From Rozella allomycis CSF55 (lineage: Eukaryota): a stretch of 26,834 nt of DNA. Below, piece after piece: positions 25,701-26,834 of the stretch (positions are counted from its first letter, which is position 1; every line of letters starts with the position of its first letter). The DNA lies in contig KE560949.1 in NCBI GenBank assembly GCA_000442015.1, positions 62,001 to 88,834 of the forward strand, written 5' to 3'. The notes under the pieces were generated by a model. That model was not told where the DNA came from, did not search any database, and saw only the letters and a list, made by a program, of their open reading frames with translations. A program made the translations under genes and the position numbers.

Positions 25701-26258
25701 TGGCCCGCATGTCTTCTTCAATTTTACGTAATGCCAGAGATGACGTTGGCATTCCAAGTTCTTCATTGTTCTCCACAGTCTTCTGGTACCATTTACGAGC
25801 TGCTTCTAACTCTTTTCTCGCTTTTTGAAGATTATAATCATAAAGATTAACACTTGCTATTTCCATTTGTTGCATCCATTCAAAATTTTTTGTCTGCGAA
25901 CCAGAATCAAGAAAGAATTGAGATCCTTCTACCGCTCTAAACATTATAACATTTCTTTTTTCTTTGTAAAAATACGACATCACAATGCTCTCTTCTATGG
26001 AAATTGTTATTTCTGGCTTTTCAAAGTTTTCACACTTTTATCATCCATAAATTGTGTTACTTTTTCTTTAGACTGATATAATTGAAGATACATTCCTTTA
26101 AGGACGCCAAAAAATGGGACCCAATGTCTATTTTTTGCTCTGGTTCCACCAGCTTCTTGATCAGTCTTCACATTGAGAGGTCCTCTACAATATTCAATTG
26201 ATATTGCCGGCATTTGATCCGGTATTACATCAGCCCCTTTCTCGTCGACTTTGCTCAT
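22792..26258 (-). CDS. PH domain, triple WH2-like, polyproline-repeat protein (putative actin regulator)
   Basis: Eight GT-AG introns. N-terminal PH-like region (RHWVPFFGVLKGMYLQLY...FEWMQQM), three SLAEKLKxAKLxK-type motifs, many IPPPPPP tracts. Confidence 0.75.
23270..23990 (-). repeat. Degenerate coding tandem repeat, about six units of about 120 nt (about 40 aa)
   Basis: Recurring unit SKQQxxNxIPPPPPPxFxNNxxxxSQFSxxRxxEQ. The DNA repeats ggaggcggaggaatt(t)gg...tgtttagaattt...gaaaactgag on the + strand. Confidence 0.85.
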
Positions 26259-26262
26259 TGTC

Positions 26263-26276
26263 GCTGCCTTGGCAAC
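26263..26276. promoter_or_regulatory. X-box (RFX site)-like palindrome GCTGCCTTGGCAAC
   Basis: Matches GYTRCC-NN-GGCAAC and lies 4 nt upstream of the minus-strand ATG at 26258. Confidence 0.5.
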
Positions 26277-26345
26277 CTACCTGGTTGATGATCGCAAATG
26301 TTAACAACTAAACCTAAACCGTAGGATAATCTTTTGATTTTAAAA

Positions 26346-26789
26346 ATGAATTCTCTTTCGCTTCCAAGAAAGAAAGTTGACAGATTAAGAAAGAAAACGG
26401 CGTTAAGGATCAAGAATGAAATTCGTAAAAAGTCCCCAGAAACTTTGGACGATGAGGACATCCAGAGACTCGCATCTGAACTAAATGAAAGCTTCGAGAA
26501 GGTTAAAAAGTTTGTTAAACGACATAAACCTGAAAAAGAAAAGGTCAATTATGACACAAACAAGGACTTTATAATTCCACAAATTGCTGAAGAAAACAAT
26601 GATTTCCCCCAAAATACGTCATCAGAAGTTAGAAATATATCACTTTCGGATTTATTGTACAACAATAAATCAAATTCTCTAGAAGAAGACCAAACCTCGT
26701 CAGTTTCAGACGAAGACGATTTGGTATCAATCAATGACGAGGATTTGGAAAAATTTCTATTAAATGAATACTTGTTTCATCAAGACTAA
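26346..26789 (+). CDS. Hypothetical protein, basic N-terminus and acidic C-terminus
   Basis: Open frame with stop TAA overlapping AATAAA. Start uncertain (an upstream ATG near 26298 would need an atypical 48-nt intron). Confidence 0.55.
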   Translation: MNSLSLPRKKVDRLRKKTALRIKNEIRKKSPETLDDEDIQRLASELNESFEKVKKFVKRHKPEKEKVNYDTNKDFIIPQIAEENNDFPQNTSSEVRNISLSDLLYNNKSNSLEEDQTSSVSDEDDLVSINDEDLEKFLLNEYLFHQD

Positions 26790-26834
26790 ATAAATAACCT
26801 TTCAAATTCCTACTTTACTTTGAAACTTACCAAG

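Noticed and set aside
26690-26770. SINDEDLEKFLLNE resembling a Brf1 (TFIIIB) homology block
   Set aside because: It is a short acidic match only, with no zinc ribbon, cyclin folds or following conserved Trp visible.

Overview
Gene-dense, AT-rich eukaryotic nuclear DNA in the standard genetic code. Manual splicing gives about 15 protein-coding genes broken by roughly 70 tiny spliceosomal introns (26-33 nt), plus one intron-containing tRNA-Ile(UAU). Gene order: rotatin-like (5' partial), RPT4, PH-FHA protein, TBC1D20/Gyp8-like RabGAP, tRNA-Ile, possible small ORF, telomerase reverse transcriptase (TERT), NADPH-cytochrome P450 reductase, VPS4, EamA/SLC35F transporter, carnitine carrier, MKT1, G-alpha, IQ/coiled-coil protein, PH-WH2-polyproline protein, hypothetical protein. 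Fungal-type proteins, a centriolar gene, tiny introns and very short spacers suggest a compact zoosporic early-diverging fungus or relative (Rozella-like); this is inference only. Most notable: three junctions (two in TERT, one in the IQ gene) cannot be resolved with a normal-sized GT-AG intron but are resolved exactly by 26-27 nt GT...TTG introns, suggesting tolerated non-canonical TG acceptors. Also: a palindromic GAAATTTC element just upstream of five start codons (one copy shared by TERT and CPR, 28 bp apart), X-box (RFX)-like motifs before two genes, and a possible spliced ORF starting inside the tRNA intron.
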